Shown: positions 9,164 through 19,641 of the stretch, piece after piece | Position numbering within the stretch: position 1 is the stretch's first letter | How the letters are laid out: every line of letters starts with the position of its first letter | Assembly (NCBI GenBank): GCA_963778655.1 | Contig: CAVZVA010000009.1 | Location: forward strand, 960,001-1,024,000 | Source: an uncultured delta proteobacterium | GTDB taxonomy: Bacteria; Myxococcota_A; Polyangia; Polyangiales; JAFGIB01 | Direction: 5' to 3' | Length of the DNA stretch: 64,000 bases | Notes under the pieces: model-generated | The model's database searches: none | Told to the model about the DNA's origin: nothing | The model's input: only the letters and a program-made list of their open reading frames with translations | Position numbers and translations under genes: made by a program

Positions 9164-10942
9164 ATGACTCAGACCCCGCAATTCGAGACGCTCGTGGCCA
9201 TGTTCGAGCACGCAGTCGCCGAGCACGGTAGCCGGCCGGCGTACGGCAGTCTGCGCGGCGGCCAGTGGGAGTGGGCGAGCTATGCGCAGCTCGGAGAGCT
9301 GGTCGCGCGCTGCCGCGGGGGGCTGGCTGCGCTGGGCCTCGGACGCGGCGACCGCGTCGCCATCATCACCGGCAACCGCCTCGAGTGGGTGGTCGTGGCG
9401 CACGCCTGCTACCAGCGGCGCGCGATCTTCGTGCCGATGTCAGAGGTGCAGGCCGAGTCCGAGTGGCGCTACATCCTGGCCGACTCCGGCGCGCGCATGT
9501 GCTTCGCCGCCACAGCAGCGATTGCGAGCCGGGTCAGCGCGCTGCGCGAGGACCTGCTCGACCTGCAGTACATCATCAACCTGGAGGCGCCGGAGCACGA
9601 CGAGAGCTCGTTTGCGCGCCTGCTCAAGCTCGGGGCCGAGCGCCCGATCAAGACCCGCGAGCCGCTGCCAGGCGACTGCGCCACCGTGGTCTACACCTCC
9701 GGTACCACCGGTGAGCCCAAAGGCGTGCGCCTCACTCACGCCAACCTCGCGGTCAACGCCTGCGCCCGTGCGGAGGCACGCGATTATGGCAGCGATCCGC
9801 TCTCGATGTCGTTTCTGCCCTGGGCGCACGTGTTCGGCGGCCACGTCGAGCTCAACGTGATGCTGGCGGTCGGCGGCGCGGTCGCGATCTGCGCCAGCGC
9901 CGACGAGCTGTTCGCGCAGATGCCGCAGGTCAAGCCCACCGTGCTGTACGCGGTGCCGCGGATCTGGACCCAGATCTATCACGAGATCCAGCGCGATCTG
10001 GCGGCCGAACCCGATATGAGCCGGCACATGTTCGACGACGGCATCCGCCTGCTGCAGCGCCAGCGCCGCGGTGAGAGCCTCAAGCTGACCGAGCGCATCT
10101 TCCTCAACATGGCCGACAAGCTCGTGATCTCGAAGCTCAAGGCGCGCTTTGGCGGCAAGCTGCGACTGGCGCTGTCCGGCGCCGCGGCGCTGCCGATCGA
10201 AGTGGCCGAGCTGCTGCACAACATGGGGGTGACCATCTGCGAGGGTTACGGCCTGACCGAGTCGAGCGGCTCGAGCACCACCAACCCGACCGACGCGCCG
10301 CGTTTCGGCTCTGTCGGCAAGCCGATCCGCGGCACCCGCGTGGAGATCGACCGCAGCATCGCCGAGGCCGAGGACTGCGAGCACAACGAGGGCGAGGTGG
10401 TGATCTACGGGCCGGGGGTGATGCAGGGCTACCACAACCAACCCGAAGCGACCGCGCGGGCGTTGACGGCGGATGGGGGGCTGCGCACCGGTGACCTCGG
10501 CTACCTCGACGAGGACGGCTATCTGTACATCACGGGGCGCATCAAGGAGCTGTTCAAGCTCAACAGCGGGCGCTACGTGGCGCCGGCCCCGCTCGAGGAG
10601 AAGCTCAAGCTGAGCCCGTTCGTGTCGCACTGCATGGTGTACGGAGCCGGACAGCCCTACAACGTGGCGCTGATCGTGGCGGACGTTCCCGCGCTTCGCG
10701 CGTACCTGGCGCGCGAGGACGCCAGCCCCGACGAGCTGATCGCCGATCCGCGGGTGCGGCGCCTGTACGACGACGAGATCCTCAAGCACAGTCGCGATTT
10801 CAGGACCTTCGAGGTGGTGCGTAGCTTCTGGCTGGTCAGCGAGCCGTTCACACGCGAAAACGGCATGCTCACGCCGACGTTGAAGCTGTTGCGTCGCAAA
10901 GTGCTCGAGCGCTACGAGACGCGCTTGAAGTCGTTGTATTGA
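9164..10942 (+). CDS. Long-chain fatty acid--CoA ligase (AMP-dependent synthetase)
   Basis: YTSGTTGEPKG, EGYGLTE, RTGDLG, ITGRIKELFK, LTPTLK. Confidence 0.93.
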   Translation: MTQTPQFETLVAMFEHAVAEHGSRPAYGSLRGGQWEWASYAQLGELVARCRGGLAALGLGRGDRVAIITGNRLEWVVVAHACYQRRAIFVPMSEVQAESEWRYILADSGARMCFAATAAIASRVSALREDLLDLQYIINLEAPEHDESSFARLLKLGAERPIKTREPLPGDCATVVYTSGTTGEPKGVRLTHANLAVNACARAEARDYGSDPLSMSFLPWAHVFGGHVELNVMLAVGGAVAICASADELFAQMPQVKPTVLYAVPRIWTQIYHEIQRDLAAEPDMSRHMFDDGIRLLQRQRRGESLKLTERIFLNMADKLVISKLKARFGGKLRLALSGAAALPIEVAELLHNMGVTICEGYGLTESSGSSTTNPTDAPRFGSVGKPIRGTRVEIDRSIAEAEDCEHNEGEVVIYGPGVMQGYHNQPEATARALTADGGLRTGDLGYLDEDGYLYITGRIKELFKLNSGRYVAPAPLEEKLKLSPFVSHCMVYGAGQPYNVALIVADVPALRAYLAREDASPDELIADPRVRRLYDDEILKHSRDFRTFEVVRSFWLVSEPFTRENGMLTPTLKLLRRKVLERYETRLKSLY

Positions 10943-12031
10943 ACGGGCGGTCGCGGGGGCGACAGGCGGAGCGAGGTGTCGAGGTGGTCGAGGAGCTGAG
11001 CGACGCGGAGAGCACGCTGAAGATCGACGAGGCGGCGCTCGGCCGCTACCTGTCCGGGCGCGTGCCGGACTTCGGGGGCGAGCTGCGCGCGCGCCAGTTC
11101 GCCGGCGGGCAGTCCAACCCGACCTACCTGCTCGAGGGCGCGGGCCGCAGGCTGGTGCTGCGCAAGAAGCCGCCGGGCAAGCTGCTGCCCACGGCCCACG
11201 CGGTCGACCGCGAGCAGCGCGTGTTGCGCGCCCTCGCGGACAGCGAGGTGCCGGTGCCCGAGGTGTACCTGTATTGCGACGACCCCGCGATCATTGGCAC
11301 CGAATTCTTCGTGATGCAGTACCTGGAGGGACGCGTCTTCTGGGACTCGACCCTGCCGCAGGCCGCGCCCGCCGAGCGCGCCGCGCTGTATGCCGAGATG
11401 AGCCGCGTGCTGGCCGCGCTGCACCGGGTCGACTGGGTCGGGCGTGGCCTCTCGGACTTCGGTAAGCCCGGCAACTATTTCGAGCGCCAGAATCCGGCGC
11501 TGGACGCAGCAGTATCAGGCCGCCAAGACCGACGAGATCGAGAGCATGGAGCGCCTGCTCGAGTGGCTTCCCGCGCACGTTCCGCAAGACGACCAGACCT
11601 GCCTGGTGCACGGCGACTTCCGGCTCGACAACATGATCTTCCACCCGCGCGAGCCCCGCGTGCTAGGGCTGCTCGACTGGGAGCTGTCCACGCTCGGACA
11701 TCCGCTCTCGGACCTGGCCTACAACTGCATGCCCTACTACTCCACGTTCCGCGCGCCGGTCCCGCTGGCCGACGTGGCGGGCCCCGAAAGCGGCATTCCG
11801 ACCGAGCGCGAATACCTCGAGCAGTACTGCCGGCGGGTTGGGCGCGCGCCGATCGAGGACTTCGGCTTCTACCTGGCGTTTTCGTTCTTCCGCTCCGCGA
11901 GCATCGTGCAGGGCGTGTACCACCGCGGCCTGCAGGGCAACGCGAGCAGCGCGCAGGACGCGAAGCTGATGCACGCGCGCGCGCTGCAGGCCGCCCAGAT
12001 AGGCTGGCGGCTGGCTCAAGCCTCGCGCTGA
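10939..12031 (+). CDS. APH/choline-kinase family phosphotransferase (ACAD10/11 kinase-domain or LvaA-like), one +1 frameshift near 11491
   Basis: GGQSNPTY and LRKKPPG in the first frame; HGDFRLDN and LDWELSTLGHP in the second frame; join at CGCCAG-A-ATCCGG. Start uncertain. Confidence 0.85.
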
Positions 12032-13179
12032 GCGGACGCCGTTTCGCGGGCGCGCGCCCGGAGCGCAGGCACCACCAGCAACGCCTCGAGCGCGGCCAGC
12101 AGCGCCCAAGGAGCCCAGCGGCTCGGGGCACCCGCGCGATTGTCCGCCTGTGCGAGCGCGTCGGCGTACGGTTGTGAACCGCGGCTGGCGTCGAATCCGA
12201 GCAGCGAGCGCGTGCCGATGAAGACCAGCGGCAGGCCGCGAAAGCCCGCGCGCCGGACCGCCGCCATCTGGCGCTCGATGCGGGCGTCGGTCGCCGGGTC
12301 GCCCAGGCAGCGCGCGAACGCGGCGGCGTCGAGCCCGAGCGCGGCGGCGTAGCGCTGCGTGGCGGGTGCCGAGAGATCGGGCGCCGCGAACAGGCGATCG
12401 GCCATCGCCTCGCCATGGCCCTGGTCCTGCGCGCACAGATAGGCGTGCGCTGCCTCCCGCGCGTGCCGGTGCAAGGGCAGCGGGAAGGTGATGCGGACGA
12501 AGTTCACCCGGTCGCGATAGGGCGCGAGCGCGCGCATCAGCGCCGGATGCATTGCACGGCAATATGGGCACTCGAAGTCGCTGACCTCGACGACGTTGAG
12601 CTTGCCGGCAACGGACGCGGCGCGCACGTAAGCCGGCAGCGGCGGCGCCGGCGTCGCGCGCGCGAAGGCGGCCGGGATGCCGGCGGCGAGCAGCAGCGCC
12701 GCGCCCCACAGCGCGCGACTGCCCGCGCGCGGTGCTGGCCAGCGCTCGCGCCCGCGCAGCAACGGCAGCGCGAACAGCCCCGCGCCGAGCGCAGCGGCGT
12801 CCGCGCCCACGCACACGCGGCAGAACGCGCCGATCACGAGGCCCTGCAACAGCAGTAGGGTGGCGCCCGCGACGCCGGAGCTGATCGCCGCCGCGACCGC
12901 AAACAGGCGCGCCGAGGGACGCTGCGCCAGGGTCGCCGCCAGCACCAGCGCGAAACCCAGCAGACCGAGCGCGGGCAGCGCCACACCCAAGCTCTGGCCC
13001 AGCCCTGAGCGCTGCACCGCGTCGCAGCCTGAGCCCTGGGCGCAGAACGCGTGGACCGCGCCGTAGCGTTCGATGGCCGCGGCCGAGGAGCAGGCCAGGG
13101 CGACCAGGCAGCACAGTCGCAGGCCGGTCACTAGGCGGCCCGCGCGCGCGTCGCTCGGAGCCTCAGCGCGTGCGCTCAT
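12016..13179 (-). CDS. VKOR-like membrane domain fused to DsbA/thioredoxin domain
   Basis: C..SGCDAVQRS and FCRVC in the membrane region; SDFECPYC and FPLPLH thioredoxin motifs. Confidence 0.85.
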   Translation of the reverse strand: MSARAEAPSDARAGRLVTGLRLCCLVALACSSAAAIERYGAVHAFCAQGSGCDAVQRSGLGQSLGVALPALGLLGFALVLAATLAQRPSARLFAVAAAISSGVAGATLLLLQGLVIGAFCRVCVGADAAALGAGLFALPLLRGRERWPAPRAGSRALWGAALLLAAGIPAAFARATPAPPLPAYVRAASVAGKLNVVEVSDFECPYCRAMHPALMRALAPYRDRVNFVRITFPLPLHRHAREAAHAYLCAQDQGHGEAMADRLFAAPDLSAPATQRYAAALGLDAAAFARCLGDPATDARIERQMAAVRRAGFRGLPLVFIGTRSLLGFDASRGSQPYADALAQADNRAGAPSRWAPWALLAALEALLVVPALRARARETASAQREA

Positions 13180-13705
13180 CTCCGACCGTGACCAGCGCGA
13201 GCTCGACCATGAGGTCGTCGGCCAGACCTTCGAGCGTGGCCTTGAGCTCCGAGACCGCGACCTCCGCCGGAACGCGGAGCAAGGCGGTGGCTCTGAAGAC
13301 CTGTCCGCCTCCCATAGGCGCGTCCTCGCAGGATGTGTGCAGCTCGTCGACGTTGACCTTGCGCAGGGCGAGGGCGCGCGAGATGTCGCGCACGATGCCT
13401 TCGCGGTCGCCGCCCACCAGCTCCAGGCGCAGGCGGCGCGCACCGCCACCCTCCGGCTGCGGCGCATCGGAGGGCTCGATCACGATGCGCAGCCCTTCGC
13501 GCTCGAGATCCTGCAACGCGCGGCCCAGTGCGGCGGCCCGCTCGCTGGCGACGCTCAGTCGCAGCACGCCCGCAAACTTGCCCGCGAGCCGAGCCATCCG
13601 GCTCTCCTCCCAGTTGCCGCCGTGCGTGGCGACCTCTGCAGCCAGCGCCTGCACCAGCCCCGGCCGGTCGCGACCGATCAATGTGAGCACGAGCTGCGAC
13701 CTCAC
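13163..13705 (-). CDS. Tandem ACT-domain protein (GcvR-like)
   Basis: LTLIGRDRPGLV, GGNWEESRMARLAGKFAG, second ACT GGDREGIV; GTG start inferred. Confidence 0.88.
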   Translation of the reverse strand: MRSQLVLTLIGRDRPGLVQALAAEVATHGGNWEESRMARLAGKFAGVLRLSVASERAAALGRALQDLEREGLRIVIEPSDAPQPEGGGARRLRLELVGGDREGIVRDISRALALRKVNVDELHTSCEDAPMGGGQVFRATALLRVPAEVAVSELKATLEGLADDLMVELALVTVGDERTR

Positions 13706-13999
13706 GCGTCGACTCCTCTCTCGCGTGCAGCTGGCGAGCGTACCCGCGGGCTGCGATAGCTCCGGCCACCGCGGCCGGGCGACAGCCTGGCACGGCCGGG
13801 CGGCGGACGCCAAGGCGCTGATGTCACCCGGTACCTCGACACAGAGGACTTGACCGGTTCCTGGCTTGTCCTTCGCCTCCGTGGCGGCGTTGCGGAGGCT
13901 TGAAATACAGTCGAGCATTCCCGCGTCCCCGCGCCTTGCCACGAGGCCGAAACCCTGCGCCATCAACCGATCAGATCCCCTGTGTCGAGGTACTAGAAA

Positions 14000-14170
14000 C
14001 TAGAGCACCGAACATATTGAAACGTGTGCGAAGTCGGGGTCATGGCGGGATGCAGGGTGCGGGCGGGAGCCCGAAGGCGTGGTCCATCCTACGTCGAGCG
14101 GGGAGCACGCGTGCCATGCGCCCGCGAGGGCCCCGAAATCGTGCGAGTTTCAATATGCTCGGTGCTCTAG
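14000..14170. mobile_element. ~170-bp palindromic MITE/REP-like element, copy 1
   Basis: Terminal inverted repeats CTAGAGCACCGAACATATTGAAAC / GTTTCAATATGCTCGGTGCTCTAG; homologous copy at 62952-63121. Confidence 0.75.
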
Positions 14171-14171
14171 C

Positions 14172-15698
14172 TCAGCGCCGCCGCCTTCGAGTGAGCCACA
14201 GCGCGAGCGCGCCCAGCGCCAGCAGGGTGGCGTCGGGCCGCCGGTCTCCGGCGCGCACCGCGCACCCGCCACCGTGCTGGCTGCTCGCGGTGCCGCCCGC
14301 CGTGCCGCCGCTGCCCGCACCGACCGGCGTCGTGCCCGCGGCACCGCCGCCACCGCTGCCGCCGGATGCGCTGGGCGTGCCCGCGTCCGGCGCGGGGCCT
14401 CCACCCGTGCCGCCGACGCCGCCGGCGCCGCTTGGCATCATCATGCCCGGCAAGCCCACGCCAGGCGGGACCGGGCCTCCGCCGTAGACGTCGTACATGC
14501 CGAGGATCTCGTATTCCCAATCCTTCCAAAGCATCTCGCAGGTGGTCGCCGTCGGTGCTGCGGCGTCGCACTGCACGGGCTCGGTGACCTGCGGAAAGGC
14601 CAGCACGGACTCGAAGCTGTCGCCCGCGTTCGTCGAGCTCGCGAGCCCGTCGGTGTTCATGTTGCCGCCGTACCAGCCAGCCGCCCACAGCGTGGAACCT
14701 TGCGTGCCCACGAAGGTCATGCGGTCGGGGCCGGGGACCTGCGCGAAGGTCTGCCCCGCGTCCGTGGAACGCCAGAGGCCGGCGATCGCCGCGACCCACG
14801 CGCTGGTACCGTCGGCGCTGAAGGCCGCGCCGAAGATCTGTTCGACGGTGAGCACGCTCGAGAAGTGCTGTCCTCCGTCGCTGCTCCGTAGCAGCCGATC
14901 CATGTGGGCAGCGTCGTTGCTGTCCTGCGCGCGGGCCAGCAGCACGTTCGGATCACCCGGGCTCACGGCGAGCAGCTGCAGGTCGACCTCATTGTCTTGC
15001 AGCGCGATTTCCGCGCGCGTGAAGCTCATGCCCGAGTCCTGCGAGCGCGCGACGTAGTGCGTGAAGTTGCCGCTGGTGTCGAGGACCTCGCCGGAATAGT
15101 AAAGGTCGCTCGCGGACGAGGGCGCCACGAACACCTCCTGGATGAAGTCGTCGTCTGCCACGCTGGTCAGCGGCGTCCAGGTAGTGCCGCCGTCCTCGCT
15201 GATCTGGAGCCCGCTCTGCCCCGTCCCGTAAGTCGCCAGATAGAGCCGCTTTGGGGCCGAGGGATCCTGCGCGAGGGCGGGTGTGGCTAGCGAGCCGAAC
15301 GGAGCTACCGGTTGCCAGCTGCATCCACCATCGGCCGTGGCCCGCAGCCCCGAGGAGGTCGCCACCAGCAAGCGCCCATCCGGCGCGTATGCGAAGTCGG
15401 GCTGTTCCGAAGTGTTGATGCCGAGTGCCTCGTTGCACATCAGGCGAAAGGGTCCCTGGGCCGAGTCGCCGAAGATCATGCCGCGATTGGTCAGCAGAGC
15501 GAGGTTCCCGTTCGTGCTGCGTGCCAGGCTCAAGATTTGCGGCGGGGCGTGTGCGAACACCGGCGCCGCGGTCCACGACACCCCGGCGAGCAGCGCCGCT
15601 TGCAAACACGCGCACGCCCGTCTCCGCCGCCGCGCCGCTCGAGCCGGCCCGCGCGTGCCGCTGCAATCGTTCGTGCCCACACCCACATAGCTGCTCAT
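14172..15698 (-). CDS. Secreted BNR/Asp-box beta-propeller protein with MYXO-CTERM-like sorting tail
   Basis: Signal peptide; repeated S/T-x-D-G-G-x-x-W/F boxes; Gly-rich linker; GGGCAV + hydrophobic helix + RRRRR C-terminus. Confidence 0.8.
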   Translation of the reverse strand: MSSYVGVGTNDCSGTRGPARAARRRRRACACLQAALLAGVSWTAAPVFAHAPPQILSLARSTNGNLALLTNRGMIFGDSAQGPFRLMCNEALGINTSEQPDFAYAPDGRLLVATSSGLRATADGGCSWQPVAPFGSLATPALAQDPSAPKRLYLATYGTGQSGLQISEDGGTTWTPLTSVADDDFIQEVFVAPSSASDLYYSGEVLDTSGNFTHYVARSQDSGMSFTRAEIALQDNEVDLQLLAVSPGDPNVLLARAQDSNDAAHMDRLLRSSDGGQHFSSVLTVEQIFGAAFSADGTSAWVAAIAGLWRSTDAGQTFAQVPGPDRMTFVGTQGSTLWAAGWYGGNMNTDGLASSTNAGDSFESVLAFPQVTEPVQCDAAAPTATTCEMLWKDWEYEILGMYDVYGGGPVPPGVGLPGMMMPSGAGGVGGTGGGPAPDAGTPSASGGSGGGGAAGTTPVGAGSGGTAGGTASSQHGGGCAVRAGDRRPDATLLALGALALWLTRRRRR

Positions 15699-15839
15699 TG
15701 CACCTCACCTCGACACGTTATCGCCCCACTACGTACATCCAACCAAATCGCGCGCTCAATGCAAGCATGTTAAGATTTCAATATGCCGAGAGTGGGCCAA
15801 GGGGGCTCGGTGTCGCACAGCGGCACAGCAGGAGGAACG

Positions 15840-16388
15840 ATGCACGGACGTGGGGAACAATCTCGCGGTTTCACCTTGGTCGAGCTGATGGTCACGATAG
15901 CAATTCTCGGGATCCTCGCTGCCCTTGCGATCCCCGCCTACATCTCGTACGTTGCGCGTTCCAAGAGCGCTGAGGTCTCGGCCAACCTCAGCAGCATGTT
16001 CAAGAGCGCCGCCGCCTACTACTCGGGCGATCTGTCGAAGCAGGGCATCACCTCGGGCGTCACCGGCTATTGCGTCGTAGCGGACGCGGGGCCCGATCCC
16101 AGCGGAGTGGGCGTCGCGAAGACGCGTTTCACGGGAACGGACCCGAGCTTCAACGCCCTCCACTTCACCATCTCCGACTTCGTCTACTACCAATACGGGC
16201 TGTACAGCACCTCCGGCGCCACGTCTACGTGCGGTCACAGCGCGAGCTCAAACCTCTACACTCTCTACGCCAACGGCGACCTCGACGGTGACGGGATCAT
16301 GAGCACGTTCGAGCTGGCGGTCGCATCCGACAAGGACAACACTCTGTATCACGCGCGCGGGATGTACATCGCCAACGAGATCGAGTGA
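15840..16388 (+). CDS. Type IV pilin (prepilin, class III signal)
   Basis: [31 protein letters not shown] at 15831; C-terminal GDLDGDG. Confidence 0.92.
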   Translation: MHGRGEQSRGFTLVELMVTIAILGILAALAIPAYISYVARSKSAEVSANLSSMFKSAAAYYSGDLSKQGITSGVTGYCVVADAGPDPSGVGVAKTRFTGTDPSFNALHFTISDFVYYQYGLYSTSGATSTCGHSASSNLYTLYANGDLDGDGIMSTFELAVASDKDNTLYHARGMYIANEIE

Positions 16389-16401
16389 CCGCCCGCGATA
16401 G

Positions 16402-18516
16402 CTACAGCTTGCCACCCTTCACGAATTCGACCACCCCACCTTCGATCGTGATCACGCGCCCGCCGCGCAACGCCGCCACCTCCGCGCGCTCGACGCCCTG
16501 AGCTTTGAGGGCGTGTGCGAGCTCATCGGCTCGTTGGGAGCGCACGCGTGCGTCGAGCTGCTGCCAGGCGGAGCGCCGCACCGCTGCGTCCAGGTACCGC
16601 TTCTCGTCCGTGCCTTTGATCCAGCCCCGCACCAGCAGGGGCGAGAGCGCCGAGAGCTGGTCGTGGCTCAATGCGCGCACGGCGGGCGCTCCGGCCGCGC
16701 CGGTCTTGACTGCCAGATAGGTCGCGGTGCAGAGGATCACCACCACCGCCAGCGCCAGCCGGATCACGCGTCCGTCGATCACGATGCTGAGCTGGGGCCA
16801 GGCTCGCGTGCGCTCGTTCTTGTTGGTGCTGCGCTTGGCCGCGGGCGCGGCCTTGATCGGCTCGGGACGCGGCTGAGGAGGCGGACGGCGTATCACGCCG
16901 AAGCTGTCGTCCACCGCGGTCTCCTGCTCGTGCAGACGACGTGTGATCTGCTCGCGCGGGCTTCCCTCCGACGTGAGCTGGTTCGAGTCGTAGAGGTGTT
17001 CGAGATCGGCGATCCAGGCGTCGATCCGGTTGGCGACCTCGACGTTCAGCCAAACCGACAGGTACACGAACTCGGAACACACCAGCTGCTCGCGCATCGA
17101 GACCTTGTAGCCGTGTAGATCGAGGAAGAAGCCGTCGAAGAACTGCTCGTGCGTCGTGAGCGTGCCAAGGCGTTCCCGCATCTCGTGCAAGTACTCGAGC
17201 GACTCGTTGAGCTCGTCCTCCTTGATCTTGCGCGGAAGGCCGCCGATCAGCTGCTCGAGCACCGGCTTGGCGCGCTCGGGAGGCAGCAGGCGGCGCTGGC
17301 CGTCCGCCGCGCTGGCGACCAGCAGGCGGGTCGCGATCGCTTCGAACCTGTCGCGCCGCTGGCCGGCCGCCAGCCGGCGGCTCACCAGCAGCCGTCCGTA
17401 GCGGACCAACAGCTTCTTGTGGTGCTTGGGGCTACCGAGCTGGTTTGCGAACACCTCGGGCGGCACCATGTCGTCGAGCGCGAGCAGCTTGTCCTCGATC
17501 GGGCCAAGCTGGCGCTCCACACCGTCGAGTTGCTGCGGCGAGGCTCCGTTCAACGCCTTTTCCGGCTCCTTGATCAGGCTGGGTTGCCCTTGGGCCCCAC
17601 CGAAGACCGCTTCGAGCTCCATCAGCATGCGTGCGACTTGCTTGCGATCCTCGTCGGCGATGGCGAGGAAGCCCATGAAGCGAAACGCGTCGCGGCACAC
17701 CACCACGCGCAGCAGGGCGCGGCGCACGCGTTGCCGCTGCTGCTCCTCGGCGCTCCGGGACCGGTCCTGGGGCGGGAGCGAGACCCCGAGCTCCAGCCGG
17801 GCGGCGGCGGACCTGGGCTCCGCCGCCGGCGCCGCTTGCGGGACGGCCGCCGCGCCTTGCTCGCCGGTCTCCCCCTCGGCGACTGCCCCAGCGGGCGCGA
17901 ACATACCTGCGCCGCCCTCCGCTTCCGCCTCGATGCGGGGCTGCCCCGGCGCGCTCGCATCGGCGGCTTCCCCGGATGCGGGCGCGGCCGGCGGCTGCGG
18001 CTCGCCCGCGCCCGGCAGCGGCTCGGTCTCGGGGCGTGACGGCGTCAGACTCGGCGCGTCCAGATCGAATACGAAGTCCATGGTGGTGCGGGCGCCTTCG
18101 CGCGGCGCCACCTCGCGGGCGGGCGAATCGAGCTCGAACAGGAACTCCACCGTGGAGCGCTTGGCGTCCGGCACGGCCGCCGCGGGGGCAGCCTGGGGCG
18201 GCGTGCCCCCATTGTGCGCGGCCGCCGCCGGTGACAACCCCAAAGAGGGCAGATCGGGTGGCAACCCCGGGCTTCCCTGCACCTGCTGGATCGGGGGTAC
18301 CTGGACCTGGGGAAGTATCGGCGGTGCGGCGCCGGATGCTGCGGGCGGTGGTGGAGGCGGCGGCGGAGGAGGACGCAAGTTGGCTACTTCCGCGGCGGGG
18401 GGCGCGGCGATCGGTGGCGGGACGGGGCGGGCCTTGTCCCTAGGGGGCGGGGGCACCGCGCGCACTGGCGGCGGCGCGTTTCCCCGGCCGCTTCCGGGTT
18501 TGGGCGGACCGTTCAT
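16402..18516 (-). CDS. Hypothetical protein: Pro-rich N-terminus, helical core, C-terminal transmembrane segment
   Basis: Long ORF with coding-like composition; start inferred at MNGPPKPG. Confidence 0.65.
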   Translation of the reverse strand: MNGPPKPGSGRGNAPPPVRAVPPPPRDKARPVPPPIAAPPAAEVANLRPPPPPPPPPPAASGAAPPILPQVQVPPIQQVQGSPGLPPDLPSLGLSPAAAAHNGGTPPQAAPAAAVPDAKRSTVEFLFELDSPAREVAPREGARTTMDFVFDLDAPSLTPSRPETEPLPGAGEPQPPAAPASGEAADASAPGQPRIEAEAEGGAGMFAPAGAVAEGETGEQGAAAVPQAAPAAEPRSAAARLELGVSLPPQDRSRSAEEQQRQRVRRALLRVVVCRDAFRFMGFLAIADEDRKQVARMLMELEAVFGGAQGQPSLIKEPEKALNGASPQQLDGVERQLGPIEDKLLALDDMVPPEVFANQLGSPKHHKKLLVRYGRLLVSRRLAAGQRRDRFEAIATRLLVASAADGQRRLLPPERAKPVLEQLIGGLPRKIKEDELNESLEYLHEMRERLGTLTTHEQFFDGFFLDLHGYKVSMREQLVCSEFVYLSVWLNVEVANRIDAWIADLEHLYDSNQLTSEGSPREQITRRLHEQETAVDDSFGVIRRPPPQPRPEPIKAAPAAKRSTNKNERTRAWPQLSIVIDGRVIRLALAVVVILCTATYLAVKTGAAGAPAVRALSHDQLSALSPLLVRGWIKGTDEKRYLDAAVRRSAWQQLDARVRSQRADELAHALKAQGVERAEVAALRGGRVITIEGGVVEFVKGGKL

Positions 18517-18661
18517 GCTGACTCTCCGATGGTACCACCGGGAGCGCGGGAACCAGCGCGGTCGTTGGCATCCACTGTGCGTGTCGCTTCCCACCCCACC
18601 TGTAGTTTGGGGGATCACGGAGCCCGGTGGATCCCGTATAGTCGCTGGCCGGGGCTTGGTT

Positions 18662-19501
18662 ATGGCCGACGAACGTTCGAGCGTTGCACACCCACCCGCC
18701 GCGGCGGACGACGAAGTCGGCAGCCTGGACGAGCTCGAGGTGCTGGAGGAGCTCGTCGAGGACAAGCCGGCCTCGAGCGACACCGGCCAGCGCTTGCGCC
18801 CTCCGAGCGCGCCGACTTCTGCCGGCCGCGCCAGCGTGCCGCCACCCGTGCCCAAGGACGCGCGCGGATCCAGGCCGCCGGGCTCGCTGCCGCCGCCCTC
18901 GCTGGGGCGCGCGCCCGGGTTCGTGGTGGAAGCGGGGTCGGGCACTCTGCCGCGTTCCGGGATGTTTCGGATCGAGCGCGAGGCTGGCTCTGTGCCGCCC
19001 GCGCCGCCGACCACGACGGCCGCCGGCATCATCCCGGCCCCCGCCCGTGCCAGCACCGCGCCGCCGCCTCCCAGCGGCGCGAGCGATGTTGCGGGGCTCA
19101 AGCGCACGCTCGCGGCGCTCTCCAGTCAGCTGCGGGACAACAGCGCGCAGATCCATCGCCTACGATTGATGGTCAAGCTGCGCGAGGATCGGATCCGCGA
19201 GCTAGAGGCCGCGTCGCGCGAGCAACAGGCGCGCGCCGACGCGCTGGCCGCGGAGCTGGCGGCGCTGCGGGCGCAGCGCACAGCCGACGACCTCAAGCGC
19301 ATCGCCGGCATCGGCCCTGGCTTCGAGCGCGCGTTGCACGGGCTCGGCGTGACCACCTTCCGCCAGATCGCGGATTGGACGCCGGCCGACGTGCAGCGCG
19401 TCGCGGCGGCGATCCGCACCACACCACGGCGCATTCTACGTGACGACTGGATCGGCCGCGCGCGCGCGATCGCCTGCGCCGAGGAGCAGGGCGAAGCCTA
19501 G
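18662..19501 (+). CDS. Pro-rich/coiled-coil protein with C-terminal helix-hairpin-helix domain
   Basis: DDLKRIAGIGPGFERALHGLGVTTFRQIADW...DDWIGRA. Confidence 0.8.
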   Translation: MADERSSVAHPPAAADDEVGSLDELEVLEELVEDKPASSDTGQRLRPPSAPTSAGRASVPPPVPKDARGSRPPGSLPPPSLGRAPGFVVEAGSGTLPRSGMFRIEREAGSVPPAPPTTTAAGIIPAPARASTAPPPPSGASDVAGLKRTLAALSSQLRDNSAQIHRLRLMVKLREDRIRELEAASREQQARADALAAELAALRAQRTADDLKRIAGIGPGFERALHGLGVTTFRQIADWTPADVQRVAAAIRTTPRRILRDDWIGRARAIACAEEQGEA

Positions 19502-19521
19502 GGGCTCGGCTCCGAGGAGAT

Positions 19522-19641
19522 CACAGCAAGACGAGAAGGCGGGAAGCAGGTCTCTTCCCGATCAGGAGCTGTCTCGACGCCGCGGGACGTGCGGAACAAT
19601 CCTCATCCCTTTCTGTCTTCCCGCCTGCCTGTCTTCTTGCG
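19522..19641. repeat. REP-like palindrome, GAAG(A/G)CGG family, copy A
   Basis: Arms CACAGCAAGACGAGAAGGCGGGAAG / CTTCCCGCCTGCCTGTCTTCTTGCG between convergent genes. Confidence 0.65.

Noticed and set aside
15700..15839. Sigma-54 promoter for the pilin gene
   Set aside because: No convincing TGGCAC-N5-TTGC with correct spacing.
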